DNA of 50,363 bases, taken from the NCBI GenBank assembly GCA_018238625.1, contig JABCSY010000018.1:1-50363 (forward strand), read 5' to 3'. This stretch comes from Promethearchaeota archaeon. GTDB lineage: Archaea; Asgardarchaeota; Lokiarchaeia; Sigyniarchaeales; SOKP01. This document shows positions 36,577 through 47,276 of the stretch, piece by piece; the first letter of the stretch is position 1; every line of letters begins with the position of its first letter. The notes beneath the pieces were generated by a model. That model saw only the letters and a list, made by a program, of their open reading frames with translations, made no database searches and had not been told where the DNA came from. The position numbers and the translations under genes were made by a program.

Positions 36577-36981
36577 TTGAGGTGCAATATTATAATAAAC
36601 ATTTTTATCGTTGAGGATGATCACTCCCTTAGGTTACTTTATGAAAAAGCTTTAAAATTAAACGGTTATAATGTCGTTGGCTCTGCTAAAGATGGCGAAG
36701 AGGCCGTAAGTATGTACAATTGTTTTTCTACTAAACCAGATATTATTTTAATGGACCACAGGATGCCTATTAAAAATGGAATAGAAGCAACAAAAGAAAT
36801 TTTCCAAAACTCAAGCGATCTAAAGCCAAAAATTATATTTATAAGCGCCGATCGCTCAATTAAAGAGACAGCACTTTCGATAGGGGTTATAAGTTTTAAA
36901 AACAAACCTTTTTCGCTCGAAAGGTTATTTAATAACATTGAAAAAGCCGCTTCTTTGGAAAAAATTGAAATTCACGGATAG
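36577..36981 (+). CDS. single-domain response regulator (CheY-like receiver)
   Basis: IVEDD, DIILMDHRMP…NG, ISA, KPF; true start may be ATT/ATA at 36589-36592. Confidence 0.92.
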   Translation: MRCNIIINIFIVEDDHSLRLLYEKALKLNGYNVVGSAKDGEEAVSMYNCFSTKPDIILMDHRMPIKNGIEATKEIFQNSSDLKPKIIFISADRSIKETALSIGVISFKNKPFSLERLFNNIEKAASLEKIEIHG

Positions 36982-37138
36982 TATTTTTGAGTTAAAATAA
37001 TTTTACCAAATGGTTTTTTTCTAAGTAGACGGTTTTAAGAGCAAAGATTTTTTTGTTAATTATTGCTATCATTCTTAAAAATAAATTTTCAAATCTAACA
37101 TCAATCTAATTATAAAAATATCTAATAGGTGTAGAGTT

Positions 37139-38515
37139 TTGAGCGACTTAGAAGGTTTAACAAGAAGATTATTAAGACAAAAAAAATCTGACGAAGAAAT
37201 TCTTAAGAGGTTAGTACAAGAATACTCTGATTTTAAGGATATTGATAAAGAGTCAGCTTATACGCTTGCGAATGCTGTTCTAATAGAATGTAAGAAGAGC
37301 GATATATCAAAAATTACAGAACCTTTCATTAAAGAATTATTAGACGTTAATAAAGCCAATGTGACGGTGGGAAAGCAAGGAGTAGGGTGTAGAGGTGCTG
37401 GGGACTTTTTTGTTCATAAATTGATAGCTGAACTATCGGAAACGAATCGAAAACCATTTTTATCTCCTAGTTCATTAGACGATGCTGGAGCTGTAAAACT
37501 ATCGGATATTAAAGGTTTTGAAGGAACGGAGGAATTAATAATTGTCTCTAAAATGGAGGGCATCCATAGCCGGCTCAGCGATTTTCCATTTATTTGCGGG
37601 TTTCATGTTGCTCGGGCGTGCTTGCGTGACCTATTGGTCAAAGGAGCAGAACCAATTTCCATTATGATTGATGTCCATTTAGGAGACGACGCCGATGTAG
37701 GAAAATTGTTTGACTTTATGGCTGGAATTTCGGCAATAGCAGAGCTTTCATGTGTACCAATTACTGCCGGTTCTACATTAAGAATAGGGGGGGATATGGT
37801 TATTGGAGATCGTTTAGTAGGAGGAATAAGTGCCATCGGACTCGTTCGAAATAATTTGTTAGCGAGACGCAACATCCAAGTTGGCGATAAAATATTGATG
37901 ACAGAAGGAGCAGGAGGTGGAACTATAACGACTACAGCAATATATTCGGGAAACCATAATGCTGTAAACGAAACGATGAATATAAAATTCTTAGAGGCTT
38001 GCAATGTCTTACTAAATAAAGAATACCTTAAAGACATAAGGGCAATGTGTGATGTTACAAACGGGGGTCTTAGAGGAGATTTATATGAAATAAACTACGA
38101 AGCGAAATCAGGCGTAACAATTTATGAAGACCGTGTACGAGGACTTGTTAATCCCGTAGTGTTGGAGTTATTAGAAAAAGTAGGAGTTGATTACTTAGGT
38201 GTATCATTAGATGCGCTTTTAATTTACTGCTCAGACAGTATATCGGATCAGATAATTGCTGATTTGGCAGAAATAAATGTTAAATGCGCTGAAATTGGCT
38301 ATGTAGACAATTCCAAACAAGTTACGATGGTTTACGAAGGAGAAGAAAAAAGATCAATTCTCCCTCGATTTCGAGAATCCGCTTACACTAAAATTAAACA
38401 AGAAATAGGGGAAGAAACTCCTGAATTGAAGTTAGAAATGGAAAAGAAAATTGAAAAAGCGGCAGTAGAAGCCTTGAGAAAGAGAAAAACGATAATTGAC
38501 TATATTAATAAATAA
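37139..38515 (+). CDS. AIR synthase-related (PurM/HypE/SelD superfamily) protein
   Basis: DDAG, EGIHSRLS, RDLLVKGAEP, MCDVTNGG. Confidence 0.82.
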   Translation: MSDLEGLTRRLLRQKKSDEEILKRLVQEYSDFKDIDKESAYTLANAVLIECKKSDISKITEPFIKELLDVNKANVTVGKQGVGCRGAGDFFVHKLIAELSETNRKPFLSPSSLDDAGAVKLSDIKGFEGTEELIIVSKMEGIHSRLSDFPFICGFHVARACLRDLLVKGAEPISIMIDVHLGDDADVGKLFDFMAGISAIAELSCVPITAGSTLRIGGDMVIGDRLVGGISAIGLVRNNLLARRNIQVGDKILMTEGAGGGTITTTAIYSGNHNAVNETMNIKFLEACNVLLNKEYLKDIRAMCDVTNGGLRGDLYEINYEAKSGVTIYEDRVRGLVNPVVLELLEKVGVDYLGVSLDALLIYCSDSISDQIIADLAEINVKCAEIGYVDNSKQVTMVYEGEEKRSILPRFRESAYTKIKQEIGEETPELKLEMEKKIEKAAVEALRKRKTIIDYINK

Positions 38516-38544
38516 GATTTTACTAAAGTCTAAAACTTCATATT

Positions 38545-39870
38545 TTAATCCTCTTTATTGAGAGAAAGGATTTCGTTTAAAGATCCAGACCTAAATCCTT
38601 CTAAATCAATCGTAATGTAGCAAAATCCTAATTGTTTGAGTTTAGTTTTAATTTTTTTAATATTTTCATTAGTTATAACTTTCATAATGTCTTCAGGCAT
38701 CAGCTCAATTCGTGCTAGTTTTCCTTCGTGTAATCTAACTCGAAATTGATTTAAATTATATGTGTTTCTCAAGAACATTTCAGCCTCTCTAATCATATCT
38801 AATTTTTCCTCGTTGATCTCTTGATCGTAGGGTATACGCGACGAAAAACACGCCATTGAAGGTTTCGATTGTACTTCTAAGTTAAAGTGTTTGCATATCT
38901 CTCTAATCTCTTGTTTGTTAATCTTGAAATCTATATAAGGAGTAGTAATATTTAATTCTTTCAAAGCTTGCATTCCTGGTCTATAATCTGAAAGATCGTC
39001 GATATTTGATCCATCTAATATTAAATCGAAATTCCTTTCTTCCTTGATTTTTATTATATCCTTATACAAACCTGTTTTACAAATATAACACCGGTTTTTA
39101 GGATTAACCCTAAAATTTTCATCTTTTAAAGGATTACGCTCGACTATCAAGTGCGTTATGCCGTATTTATTTGCAAATTCGCTAGTTAATTTAATTTCTT
39201 CGTCAGGATAAAGTATTGATTTCTCAGTTACAAGTAGCGTTTCTTTTGCGTATTTATTTGAAAGAAAAGCAAGTAAACTACTATCAACTCCTCCTGAAAA
39301 CGCCACAACGACTCTTGTATCCATAAAAAAAGCGATTAGATTATTTAGTTTCGTTTCTAAACTTTTTGATAAATCAATTTTATTACTTGAATTTTTCTTA
39401 TTAGCTCTTTCTTTGATCTTATTATAATTTTCTTTGTTGTCCGAAGGAGGGTGCGGTGTGGGAGGGAGTGGGGGAGGATGTAGAGAAGATGGTTTATATA
39501 GACTTTTATGTTTAGAATATTTTTTGGATTTAGTTTTTAATAATCTTGATGTGAGACCATCAAGAACCATACCATCTTCTGTTATAACACCATTTAACTT
39601 AAGCTTTTCCTTGTTTTTCTCGACATCATCTGTTGGGTTAATCATAAACATACTTTGTGGGCAATTTATCATGACCTCGCTCGATAAACGAATGACGTGT
39701 CCACAACCACTACACGCATGCGTATTAAGAGTTCCATCTACTAATTCATTAATTAATGATGAATCAAACATTGTATTTACACTTGCATAATATATCATTA
39801 TGTCAATAGTACCGCATTTAGGGCAAATAACTTCTCTTCGCGAAAGTCGTGTCATTTGTATTTCTATCAA
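38545..39870 (-). CDS. larE: CpXC-like zinc domain fused to LarE-type ATP-dependent sulfur transferase
   Basis: N-terminal CPKCG…ASVN…LNTHACSGCG; Pro-rich linker; SGGVDS PP-loop, CYICK, DYRPG, CFSSRIPY, GFRSGSLN. Confidence 0.85.
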   Translation of the reverse strand: MIEIQMTRLSRREVICPKCGTIDIMIYYASVNTMFDSSLINELVDGTLNTHACSGCGHVIRLSSEVMINCPQSMFMINPTDDVEKNKEKLKLNGVITEDGMVLDGLTSRLLKTKSKKYSKHKSLYKPSSLHPPPLPPTPHPPSDNKENYNKIKERANKKNSSNKIDLSKSLETKLNNLIAFFMDTRVVVAFSGGVDSSLLAFLSNKYAKETLLVTEKSILYPDEEIKLTSEFANKYGITHLIVERNPLKDENFRVNPKNRCYICKTGLYKDIIKIKEERNFDLILDGSNIDDLSDYRPGMQALKELNITTPYIDFKINKQEIREICKHFNLEVQSKPSMACFSSRIPYDQEINEEKLDMIREAEMFLRNTYNLNQFRVRLHEGKLARIELMPEDIMKVITNENIKKIKTKLKQLGFCYITIDLEGFRSGSLNEILSLNKED

Positions 39871-40091
39871 ATAATTAGAGATTTCCTATAATCTAGAAAA
39901 AATGTTTAATAATTTATAATCCTTCTTTTAGAACTTCTAAAGTAAATTTCTAGCTTTTTTTCAAATTGTCAAATAATTGCAAAATAAGTACTATAAAATG
40001 TAATAAGCTCTCAAGTTTTGATATTAGGTTCTTAGAAAAATCCTTGCCTATTCTAAAGATTTTTCAAATTATAAAAAATGAAAACATTTAA

Positions 40092-40140
40092 ATATAGTAT
40101 TTTGTTAATACTATATAAGAAACAGTATTGATAAAATACT
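40092..40140. promoter_or_regulatory. tandem AGTATT-N5-AATACT palindromes, candidate PadR operators
   Basis: atatagtatt-ttgtt-aatactatat (40092-40116) and agtatt-gataa-aatact (40124-40140) just upstream of the PadR gene. Confidence 0.65.
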
Positions 40141-40175
40141 ATACTGAAAAATCAATAAAAATAAAATAAATAGAG

Positions 40176-40727
40176 TTGAAAAATATGATAAAACGTGTGA
40201 GAGAATTAGACTCAAAGGCTTTAATCGCTTCAAAATCTTTTCGAGATTACGTTGAAAAACAAGAAACTGAAATTAATCGTGGATTAAGTTCACTTTGTAT
40301 ACTATCCATAATTATACAAGCCGGTGAGGACGGTTCACATGGTTATCAAATCTTAAAAGATTTAACTGACCAAACAAATGACATGTTAGTCATTGTAGAA
40401 GGTACTTTATATCCAATTCTTAGAAAGTTAGAATCTGATGGGATAATCGAATCTAAAAAAGAAGAAACTGGTAGAAAAAGAAAATTTTATAACATAACCG
40501 AATATGGAGAAAAAATATACTATTATCTATCAGGATTTTTTTCCAAACTTACTGAAGCAATAGCGCCTTTATTCGACGTAAAAGTAAATTTAAAACAAGA
40601 GAAGTACCTTTATTGTCCAATGTGTGCTAATAAAATAGATCTTAGTAGCGAAGAACTCCGATTTTGTGACGTATGCGGTCACAATATAGAAAAAGAATTA
40701 AATACAAGAGGTTTAAAAAATGAGTGA
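40176..40727 (+). CDS. PadR family regulator with C-terminal double-CxxC zinc ribbon
   Basis: HGYQI, EGTLYPILRKLE, RKFYNITEYG; CPMC…CDVC. Confidence 0.92.
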   Translation: MKNMIKRVRELDSKALIASKSFRDYVEKQETEINRGLSSLCILSIIIQAGEDGSHGYQILKDLTDQTNDMLVIVEGTLYPILRKLESDGIIESKKEETGRKRKFYNITEYGEKIYYYLSGFFSKLTEAIAPLFDVKVNLKQEKYLYCPMCANKIDLSSEELRFCDVCGHNIEKELNTRGLKNE

Positions 40728-41766
40728 AAAAATTATGGAAAAAACAATTAAGGATTATTTAAAAGAAGTGAAGGCAAAACTACCTGAATGGATAAAAGAC
40801 AAGAAGGAACATAAAGATATTCTGGCTGAACTCGAAGAACACATTTGGAGTAAAGCAGAGGAATTGTCAGAAACTGGACATCCTACAGAGAATTCAGTGA
40901 AGTTAGCAATAACTCACATGGGGACTCCAGAGAGTATTGCTAAAGAATATAAGCGTCGTGGAACGCCAAAAGTATATATAACCGAAGAAATGTGGCCATT
41001 ATACACGAAAGTTTTGTTGATAGTGTTCTCAGTCATAGTCGCTATAAACATAGTTACTCAGATAGTTTTAGATTTAATCCTTGGAGGCGAACCTTTCTTA
41101 GAGGTTCTTGGTTCACTAATTATGGCTATTCAAGGAGGGTTAGTAACATCTTTTATTATTATATCCATTGTTTTCGTATTACTGTCGATGGAAGGCTATT
41201 TTCCTGAGGATTTTAAATCTAAAAAAGACTTAATGAAGGAGAAACTTTTAGCTGAAACTGCTGAGGAGAAAGGTTGGCCAACTTCCCAGAAAACGGGTAA
41301 ACCGTTAAAACCATTTATAAAACCAATCGGTGAAATTATTGGAGGCGGTTTTTTAATACTAATTGGATGCCTAGTCCTATTTCAGCCATTTCTTATAGAT
41401 TTAATGGATGTACAATTTCTTATATTGCTTCGCATTTTTGGAGCTTTAATAGTTGCTGAGGGGGCGTTAGGCCTTACGAGAGGAATTATTGGTAATCGAC
41501 AACCTAGTACACACCAACTTATTCACATCATCACGATCGTCGTTAAGTTGGCACCAATACCATTACTGTTAATCTTGATGAATCAACCTGAAATCTTCCC
41601 ATTATTGAATTGGGATGATGTCACTGAATCATTTGTTAATATAGGAATTGCTCCCGAATTCTATGGCATTTATAGAAATATAATCGTTTTCTTAATTGTT
41701 GGTTCCGTACTATTACTAGCAGAAGATATGTACAAAATATTCAAATTACAAAATTATAAAGTATAA
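40720..41766 (+). CDS. membrane protein with N-terminal HAAS-like helical domain
   Basis: IKDYLKEVKAKLP…ELEEHI…MGTPESIAKEY followed by ~6 TM segments; overlaps PadR. Confidence 0.8.
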   Translation: MSEKIMEKTIKDYLKEVKAKLPEWIKDKKEHKDILAELEEHIWSKAEELSETGHPTENSVKLAITHMGTPESIAKEYKRRGTPKVYITEEMWPLYTKVLLIVFSVIVAINIVTQIVLDLILGGEPFLEVLGSLIMAIQGGLVTSFIIISIVFVLLSMEGYFPEDFKSKKDLMKEKLLAETAEEKGWPTSQKTGKPLKPFIKPIGEIIGGGFLILIGCLVLFQPFLIDLMDVQFLILLRIFGALIVAEGALGLTRGIIGNRQPSTHQLIHIITIVVKLAPIPLLLILMNQPEIFPLLNWDDVTESFVNIGIAPEFYGIYRNIIVFLIVGSVLLLAEDMYKIFKLQNYKV

Positions 41767-41889
41767 ATCAATTTCTTTTTTTTTTATTTTTATTAACATT
41801 TATCGTTAGTTCTATTTTTTAGAAAATTTTGGCTAATTTAGAGCGTTTTAGAGTAATTTAGAACTACAATTGTTTTTCTTTACATAAAT

Positions 41890-42627
41890 CTAAGCTGACT
41901 TAAAATTTTTTAATATAAGGAGCGATTCGGGGATTAACCAAAGAAAAGCTGCAAGAAGCATCATCCATTCAAGAAAGGGTCTTGTCACTGAATTAGGTGG
42001 AAATAAAAATAGAACACTTGCTGTAAATGGACCTACCATCATATATAGCCCTAAAAGTCTCGGAAACATTGTTTTTTTTAACTTAAATAGGATAGCTATG
42101 CCATTAAATAACGCTCCAAAAGCTAATCCTGCGAATACTATAATTGAAAAAGTAAAATGTAATCCCAACTCGGTAGTTCTATCCTCGCTAAATAATCCTA
42201 TCCCAAATAATCCGACTGCTCCTGATAGAAGTGAAAGCAAACCAAAAAACGCGTGTAAATCGATGTATATACAAAAAATTCTTTTAAAAATAGAATTATT
42301 TGAATTAAATATAATATTTTTTGTATCTGAAACTATTATTTTTGCTATGTAGAAAAAGACAGGCACTAGAAAGCAGGCAGTTATCATTGCTATAGAGTCT
42401 AAAATGAAAGGAGTGGGAGTATAACGAATTGACCCTAAATCACTAATGTAATTGTCAATTATGTTATAACTTTCTGGACCAAAAAAAAACGCGATTATTA
42501 CCCCAATAAGAAGTCCAGGTAAAAAAGTAAATAAACTTACATAAATACATATTTTAATTAATTTTTGATTCAAAAAACGGTTAAAAAGACTATTGATTTT
42601 TATAAATAATGAATTAATCTGACTCAT
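41890..42627 (-). CDS. DUF998-like multi-pass membrane protein
   Basis: YNIIDNYISDLG, GIGLFSED, LH, EW motifs; ~6 TM. Confidence 0.7.
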   Translation of the reverse strand: MSQINSLFIKINSLFNRFLNQKLIKICIYVSLFTFLPGLLIGVIIAFFFGPESYNIIDNYISDLGSIRYTPTPFILDSIAMITACFLVPVFFYIAKIIVSDTKNIIFNSNNSIFKRIFCIYIDLHAFFGLLSLLSGAVGLFGIGLFSEDRTTELGLHFTFSIIVFAGLAFGALFNGIAILFKLKKTMFPRLLGLYMMVGPFTASVLFLFPPNSVTRPFLEWMMLLAAFLWLIPESLLILKNFKSA

Positions 42628-42701
42628 TTACTTTTGTAATTTATATTTGTGTTTAAAATTTATCTAATAATAAAAATAAAAAAAAAAGTAAATGAAGGTC
42701 T

Positions 42702-43922
42702 TTAATAAGCCTTCTTTAATTTTGAATATTTTCCTACTTTGAAGAAATTTCCAATCATTCCACCCATAATGCCTAAAATTATTGCAATAATAACCCAGAA
42801 ATAAACGATGAAAATGATGTTTGTTGGATCGGCTGGTATAGCTGGAATATTACCTCCTGAAAACAGAGAAATCGGGAATATCTCTGGTTGGTTTATAAGT
42901 AGCACAAATAAAGGAATATAAGCTAAGTTATAGATGGCTCCAATTACCAAAAAGACTTGTTGTCCCGTGTAATTACTAACGCCAATTACAAGGCGAATTA
43001 GACTAAATAACCCACTTACAAAAATTAAAAATCCCATCATCTTAAGCCATTCTAGAAAACCAGGTTGCATTAATCCCGCAACCGCAAACGGTTGGATTAT
43101 TAGAATTAAGCCAAAAATTATCCCCGCTAAGGTCCCAAATATTAGTTCTCCTATAGTGACCGGTTGAGTTTTACCGATCTCTCTTTTTAGTTTAGCTTCT
43201 TCCACTTTCTGTTTTCGAAGTACTTTAGCCGTTGCTAACTTCTCTTTTTCTATGGCTTTTATTTCAATTTTCTTCTCTTTCGCACGATGTTTAGCTGCTA
43301 CCATTTTTTCTTCTCGAAGTACTCTAGCTTCTTGTATTTTTTGTTTAGTATATATTTTTGATTCTTCCAATTGTTCTTCGTTAAAATTGAAAGGGAAAAG
43401 TATGGCCAAACGCTTGGGAATTATTCCAAAATCTTCGGGTAAGAAACCTTCCATAGAAAAATAAACGAATACTATTGTAATTACAATTGCGGAGATTAAA
43501 CATCCAATCCAGATTCCATTTAGCATCCCTCCTAATACTTCCCACCAATTCTTAAAAAAAAACTGAAAAACTGCGCCTAAAACGTTGACAAAAAACACAA
43601 CTCCAAAGAAAAAAAACAAAGATCTTAAATAAAAATCGACGAGTTCTTGTGTAATGTAGAACCTTGGCGTACCTCGGCGCTTATATAATTTTGCTATGCT
43701 TTCGGGAGTCCCCATTCGCATGATCGCTTCTTGTACATCTGCGTCAGTTAATGATTCGCCTCCAGAAATTGCTCTTGCCTCGTTATAAAGTTGCTGTTCT
43801 AAATCGTATAATATGTTCTTTAATTCTTCTTCTTTCCATTTCAACCATTCTGGAAGTTTCTGTTTAACTTGAGCAATGTAATTTTTAACAAGTTTATTCT
43901 CAAAATCACTCATATTGTCCAC
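42702..43922 (-). CDS. membrane protein with HAAS-like domain, paralog of 40720-41766
   Basis: Shared KLPEW, MGTPESIAKxYKRRGTP, SMEGxxPEDF, NQPEIFP. Confidence 0.82.
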   Translation of the reverse strand: MDNMSDFENKLVKNYIAQVKQKLPEWLKWKEEELKNILYDLEQQLYNEARAISGGESLTDADVQEAIMRMGTPESIAKLYKRRGTPRFYITQELVDFYLRSLFFFFGVVFFVNVLGAVFQFFFKNWWEVLGGMLNGIWIGCLISAIVITIVFVYFSMEGFLPEDFGIIPKRLAILFPFNFNEEQLEESKIYTKQKIQEARVLREEKMVAAKHRAKEKKIEIKAIEKEKLATAKVLRKQKVEEAKLKREIGKTQPVTIGELIFGTLAGIIFGLILIIQPFAVAGLMQPGFLEWLKMMGFLIFVSGLFSLIRLVIGVSNYTGQQVFLVIGAIYNLAYIPLFVLLINQPEIFPISLFSGGNIPAIPADPTNIIFIVYFWVIIAIILGIMGGMIGNFFKVGKYSKLKKAY

Positions 43923-44113
43923 TTTATTATTTAATCACACTTTTATTAGATAATAATTCAATATTAATAGCAACTAATGATAATATTCTATTAAAAAAAA
44001 CGGAGACCAATTTTAATTTTTAAATATTACTTCGTATCAAAATGTAAGAACACATTAAATGTTAAAGAATTAGGTCTATGACCACATAAGAACAAGATTA
44101 GATTAACAGAAAA

Positions 44114-45538
44114 ATGGATAATAATTCGAGAAATTCCAAGGAAAAAACAAATAGGCGAAAATTCGGTGTTCATTTAACTTCAGTTGAAATATTCAATAAA
44201 TATATTTTTCCTGAAATTAAAGATCTATTAGAAAATTACTTATGGGTTGATCTGTACGCTGGTGAGGGTAACTTAATTTTACCTATTTTAAATGAAATCC
44301 CCTACGACAAGCGAGAAAGTTTTTTCCGAGGTCATATTTTTTTGTTTGACATTCAAAAAGATATGGTTCAAAAGTGTATTTATAATGCTGAGGAATATGG
44401 AATTTCTAAACAAATCGCAGAAAAAAATATCAAAAAACGTGATAATCTTGAAAGCTTTCCTCAAATTTTAAAACGAAAAAAATTTCCTATTTTTCACATT
44501 ACTAATCCACCATACCTATATTTAGGTTACATTAGGAAGCGCTACGAAACCCAGAAGTTTCTTCAATATTTTAAAAAAGAAAATAAGGGTTATCAAGATT
44601 TATATCAAATCGCTATGATTAATGACTTGCGTAACGAAGTTGAGAATCTGATCTATGTGATTCCTACTAACTTCTTATATGGCGCAACTATTTCAAATAA
44701 ATTCCGTTTAGACTTTTTAAAATATTATAATATTCTTAAAATGATAATTTTTGAAACAAAAATCTTTGAACATACGGGTTCAAATATTTGTATTGGTTTT
44801 TTCAAGAAGAAAAAAGTTCCGCAAGATGAGTTTCAGACATTTACAGGGTTAAAGACCAAAAAACAAAATGATATTTTGAAGATGGTTTACAGTTTAAACC
44901 CCAAATATAAATACAGAGCAGGTTCCAAATTTGACGAATTTTTAGAGAGTTATAAAGCGGCCAATCCATTAATAGTTAAGTATTATTTATTGAAAAAAGA
45001 AGTTTCGCAAAATAATGGTGCTTTTGAGATCGAAGTTATTGACGCGAACCAGTACAAAAACAATCAATATGTAAAATTAAATATTAAAGTAAATGAAAAG
45101 TTGAAGCGGATAATTGAATCAAATATTTTGTATGTTAGGACTGTAGACACAGGTTCCTATAATGGGCGAGCAGGATTGGAGCAAATAAGAGAGGATTTCG
45201 GTGTTAGTGCGATTTACGTGTCCCAAAAAACCTATAGAACCCATCCGATCCAAATCTTCTTGGAACCAAATATTTCCATAAAAGAGCAGTTTCTCTTAAG
45301 AGATTATTTTAATTTTATTTTAGAGCAATTTAGACTCAAATTAGACAGCGAGTTTTTAACAACCTACAAATACTCTCAAGCAGAATACACGCGAAAATAT
45401 TTAGGTTTAAATCAAACGAGAAAATTGATTGAAACATTCCCCTATAGAAAGCTCACTTCAGAAAAAAATCAAGAGTTGAAATCCTTAATTACTGGTAAAG
45501 ATTTTGAAAGAATTTTAGATTTTTTAGAAAGCATATAG
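44114..45538 (+). CDS. N6-adenine DNA methyltransferase
   Basis: Motif I DLYAGEGNL, motif IV ITNPPY, DLY, IPTNFL. Confidence 0.82.
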   Translation: MDNNSRNSKEKTNRRKFGVHLTSVEIFNKYIFPEIKDLLENYLWVDLYAGEGNLILPILNEIPYDKRESFFRGHIFLFDIQKDMVQKCIYNAEEYGISKQIAEKNIKKRDNLESFPQILKRKKFPIFHITNPPYLYLGYIRKRYETQKFLQYFKKENKGYQDLYQIAMINDLRNEVENLIYVIPTNFLYGATISNKFRLDFLKYYNILKMIIFETKIFEHTGSNICIGFFKKKKVPQDEFQTFTGLKTKKQNDILKMVYSLNPKYKYRAGSKFDEFLESYKAANPLIVKYYLLKKEVSQNNGAFEIEVIDANQYKNNQYVKLNIKVNEKLKRIIESNILYVRTVDTGSYNGRAGLEQIREDFGVSAIYVSQKTYRTHPIQIFLEPNISIKEQFLLRDYFNFILEQFRLKLDSEFLTTYKYSQAEYTRKYLGLNQTRKLIETFPYRKLTSEKNQELKSLITGKDFERILDFLESI

Positions 45539-45549
45539 TTTAATCAAGC

Positions 45550-46425
45550 TTATAAAATGCTAGGAAAAAGAAAGGTAATTAACCCCAGAAATGCTCCAAT
45601 TTTTAACAGTAAACTAATCCTTTTAAAATCTTTTCTTTCTAATTTCGTAGTAAGCATTAAAAAAATTGCGTAAAATACATCAATAAAACCAAAAACCATT
45701 AAAATAATAAATAGGATTGGATTTAGAATGTTAGTAAAAATAGGTAAAATAAAAAATATTATTGCTGTAATTGAAAAAACTAAGGAGATATAGATAGATT
45801 TTCTAATTCCAATCTTAATAGCTAATGTTTTTACCCCATGATTTTTATCTCCTTCAATATCTTCACAACCTTTAATAATTTCTCGAGAAACTAAAAGAGA
45901 GAATGCTGTTATAAAGAAAAAATAAATGAAAGGAGGAATAGATGAATTGTTTAATACCGCTCCATAAACCATGCCAATTGAAAAAGAAATTCCTACAGCA
46001 ATATTTCCAAAAAATCCACTTTTCTTACCCCATTTTGCGTATACCCATCCAATGAACCCAAAAAACGACGCTAACACGATATTTAATAAACCTAGATTAA
46101 AAAGAATACTATGCAAAATGCTAAGAGCTAATCCGATAATAAGATAAATTGAAAAGAGTAATTTCGCTTGCTTTAAATTTATTGAACCTCTTGGAATAGG
46201 GCGTTCTGGTCTATTGATTTTATCTATTTCAATATCGTAAATGTCATTGATAATCATTCCTGCAGCCGCGATAAAAATGTATGTAAAAACGCCTAAAATT
46301 ATATTAATTAATAACTTATCTAATGGAATGCCTAAACGGGTATTTAATAAGCCAATAATTACTGTTAAAGCCCCCATTAAACAGTTTATAGGTCGTATAA
46401 TTTCGATAGCGTCTTTAAATCTCAT
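45550..46425 (-). CDS. digeranylgeranylglyceryl phosphate synthase (UbiA family)
   Basis: IRPINC, NDIYDIEIDKINRPERPIPRG, REIIKGCEDIEGD. Confidence 0.9.
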   Translation of the reverse strand: MRFKDAIEIIRPINCLMGALTVIIGLLNTRLGIPLDKLLINIILGVFTYIFIAAAGMIINDIYDIEIDKINRPERPIPRGSINLKQAKLLFSIYLIIGLALSILHSILFNLGLLNIVLASFFGFIGWVYAKWGKKSGFFGNIAVGISFSIGMVYGAVLNNSSIPPFIYFFFITAFSLLVSREIIKGCEDIEGDKNHGVKTLAIKIGIRKSIYISLVFSITAIIFFILPIFTNILNPILFIILMVFGFIDVFYAIFLMLTTKLERKDFKRISLLLKIGAFLGLITFLFPSIL

Positions 46426-46436
46426 ATTAAAAACAA

Positions 46437-47267
46437 TTAAAGAATTTTTTTGTAATTATTCTTACGACTTTTACCAGATTTCTTTATTTCTTCAATGATA
46501 GCTTTTAAAGAGTTCCCATCGTCTTTTAATACTTGGTTTTCTAAAAATGTTCCCATTACGATGATGTCTGCCCCCGCTTCAACGAACATTCTAGCGTCTT
46601 CTATACTACTAACACCTCCACCCACAATTATTGGAATGCTTAACATATTTGAACAAAGCTTAATAATTTCGGTGGGAAGACTTTCACTACCGGACCCCGC
46701 TTCTAGATATATAAGCTTAAAGCCAAAATATTCAGCCGCTAATGAGTAGGCAGCAGTTAATTTAGGTTTTTTTCTTGGAAGTAATTTGGCTCTACTTATC
46801 CATCCCGCAGTACCTCCAGGCTCGATAATTAAATATGCTGTGGATATTATTTCAAGGTTAGCCAGTTTCACCGTATATGACGCAAGCGCTTGTTGCCCAA
46901 CAATAAAATAAGGATCTTCAGAATTTAAAATAGACATAAATAAAATAGCATCAGCTTCTTTTGAAACGTTTCCGATACCTCCTGGAAAAATTATAATTGG
47001 TAAATTTACTTTTTCTTTAATTGCCAATATTGTCTCATCAACAAATCTTTGGTCAAAAACTGTACTTCCACCAATTAAAATGGCATCAGTTCCTGCTTGT
47101 TCAGCAAAAAATGCCATTTTTCCTGCTCTGTTGGGACTTTGCTTAGTGGGATCTGGATCTATTAAAGAAAAATGAAGTGTACCATCGCTATTTATTTTAT
47201 TAATTAAATAATCGTAAGTGCTCGTCTTCAAGATATTTTTAGTCAATGCATCAACCATAAAATTCAC
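46437..47267 (-). CDS. geranylgeranylglyceryl phosphate synthase
   Basis: SLIDPD, ILIGGST, IIFPG, ADAILFMS, YLEAGSG, IVGGG. Confidence 0.93.
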   Translation of the reverse strand: MNFMVDALTKNILKTSTYDYLINKINSDGTLHFSLIDPDPTKQSPNRAGKMAFFAEQAGTDAILIGGSTVFDQRFVDETILAIKEKVNLPIIIFPGGIGNVSKEADAILFMSILNSEDPYFIVGQQALASYTVKLANLEIISTAYLIIEPGGTAGWISRAKLLPRKKPKLTAAYSLAAEYFGFKLIYLEAGSGSESLPTEIIKLCSNMLSIPIIVGGGVSSIEDARMFVEAGADIIVMGTFLENQVLKDDGNSLKAIIEEIKKSGKSRKNNYKKIL

Positions 47268-47276
47268 TAATTATAA

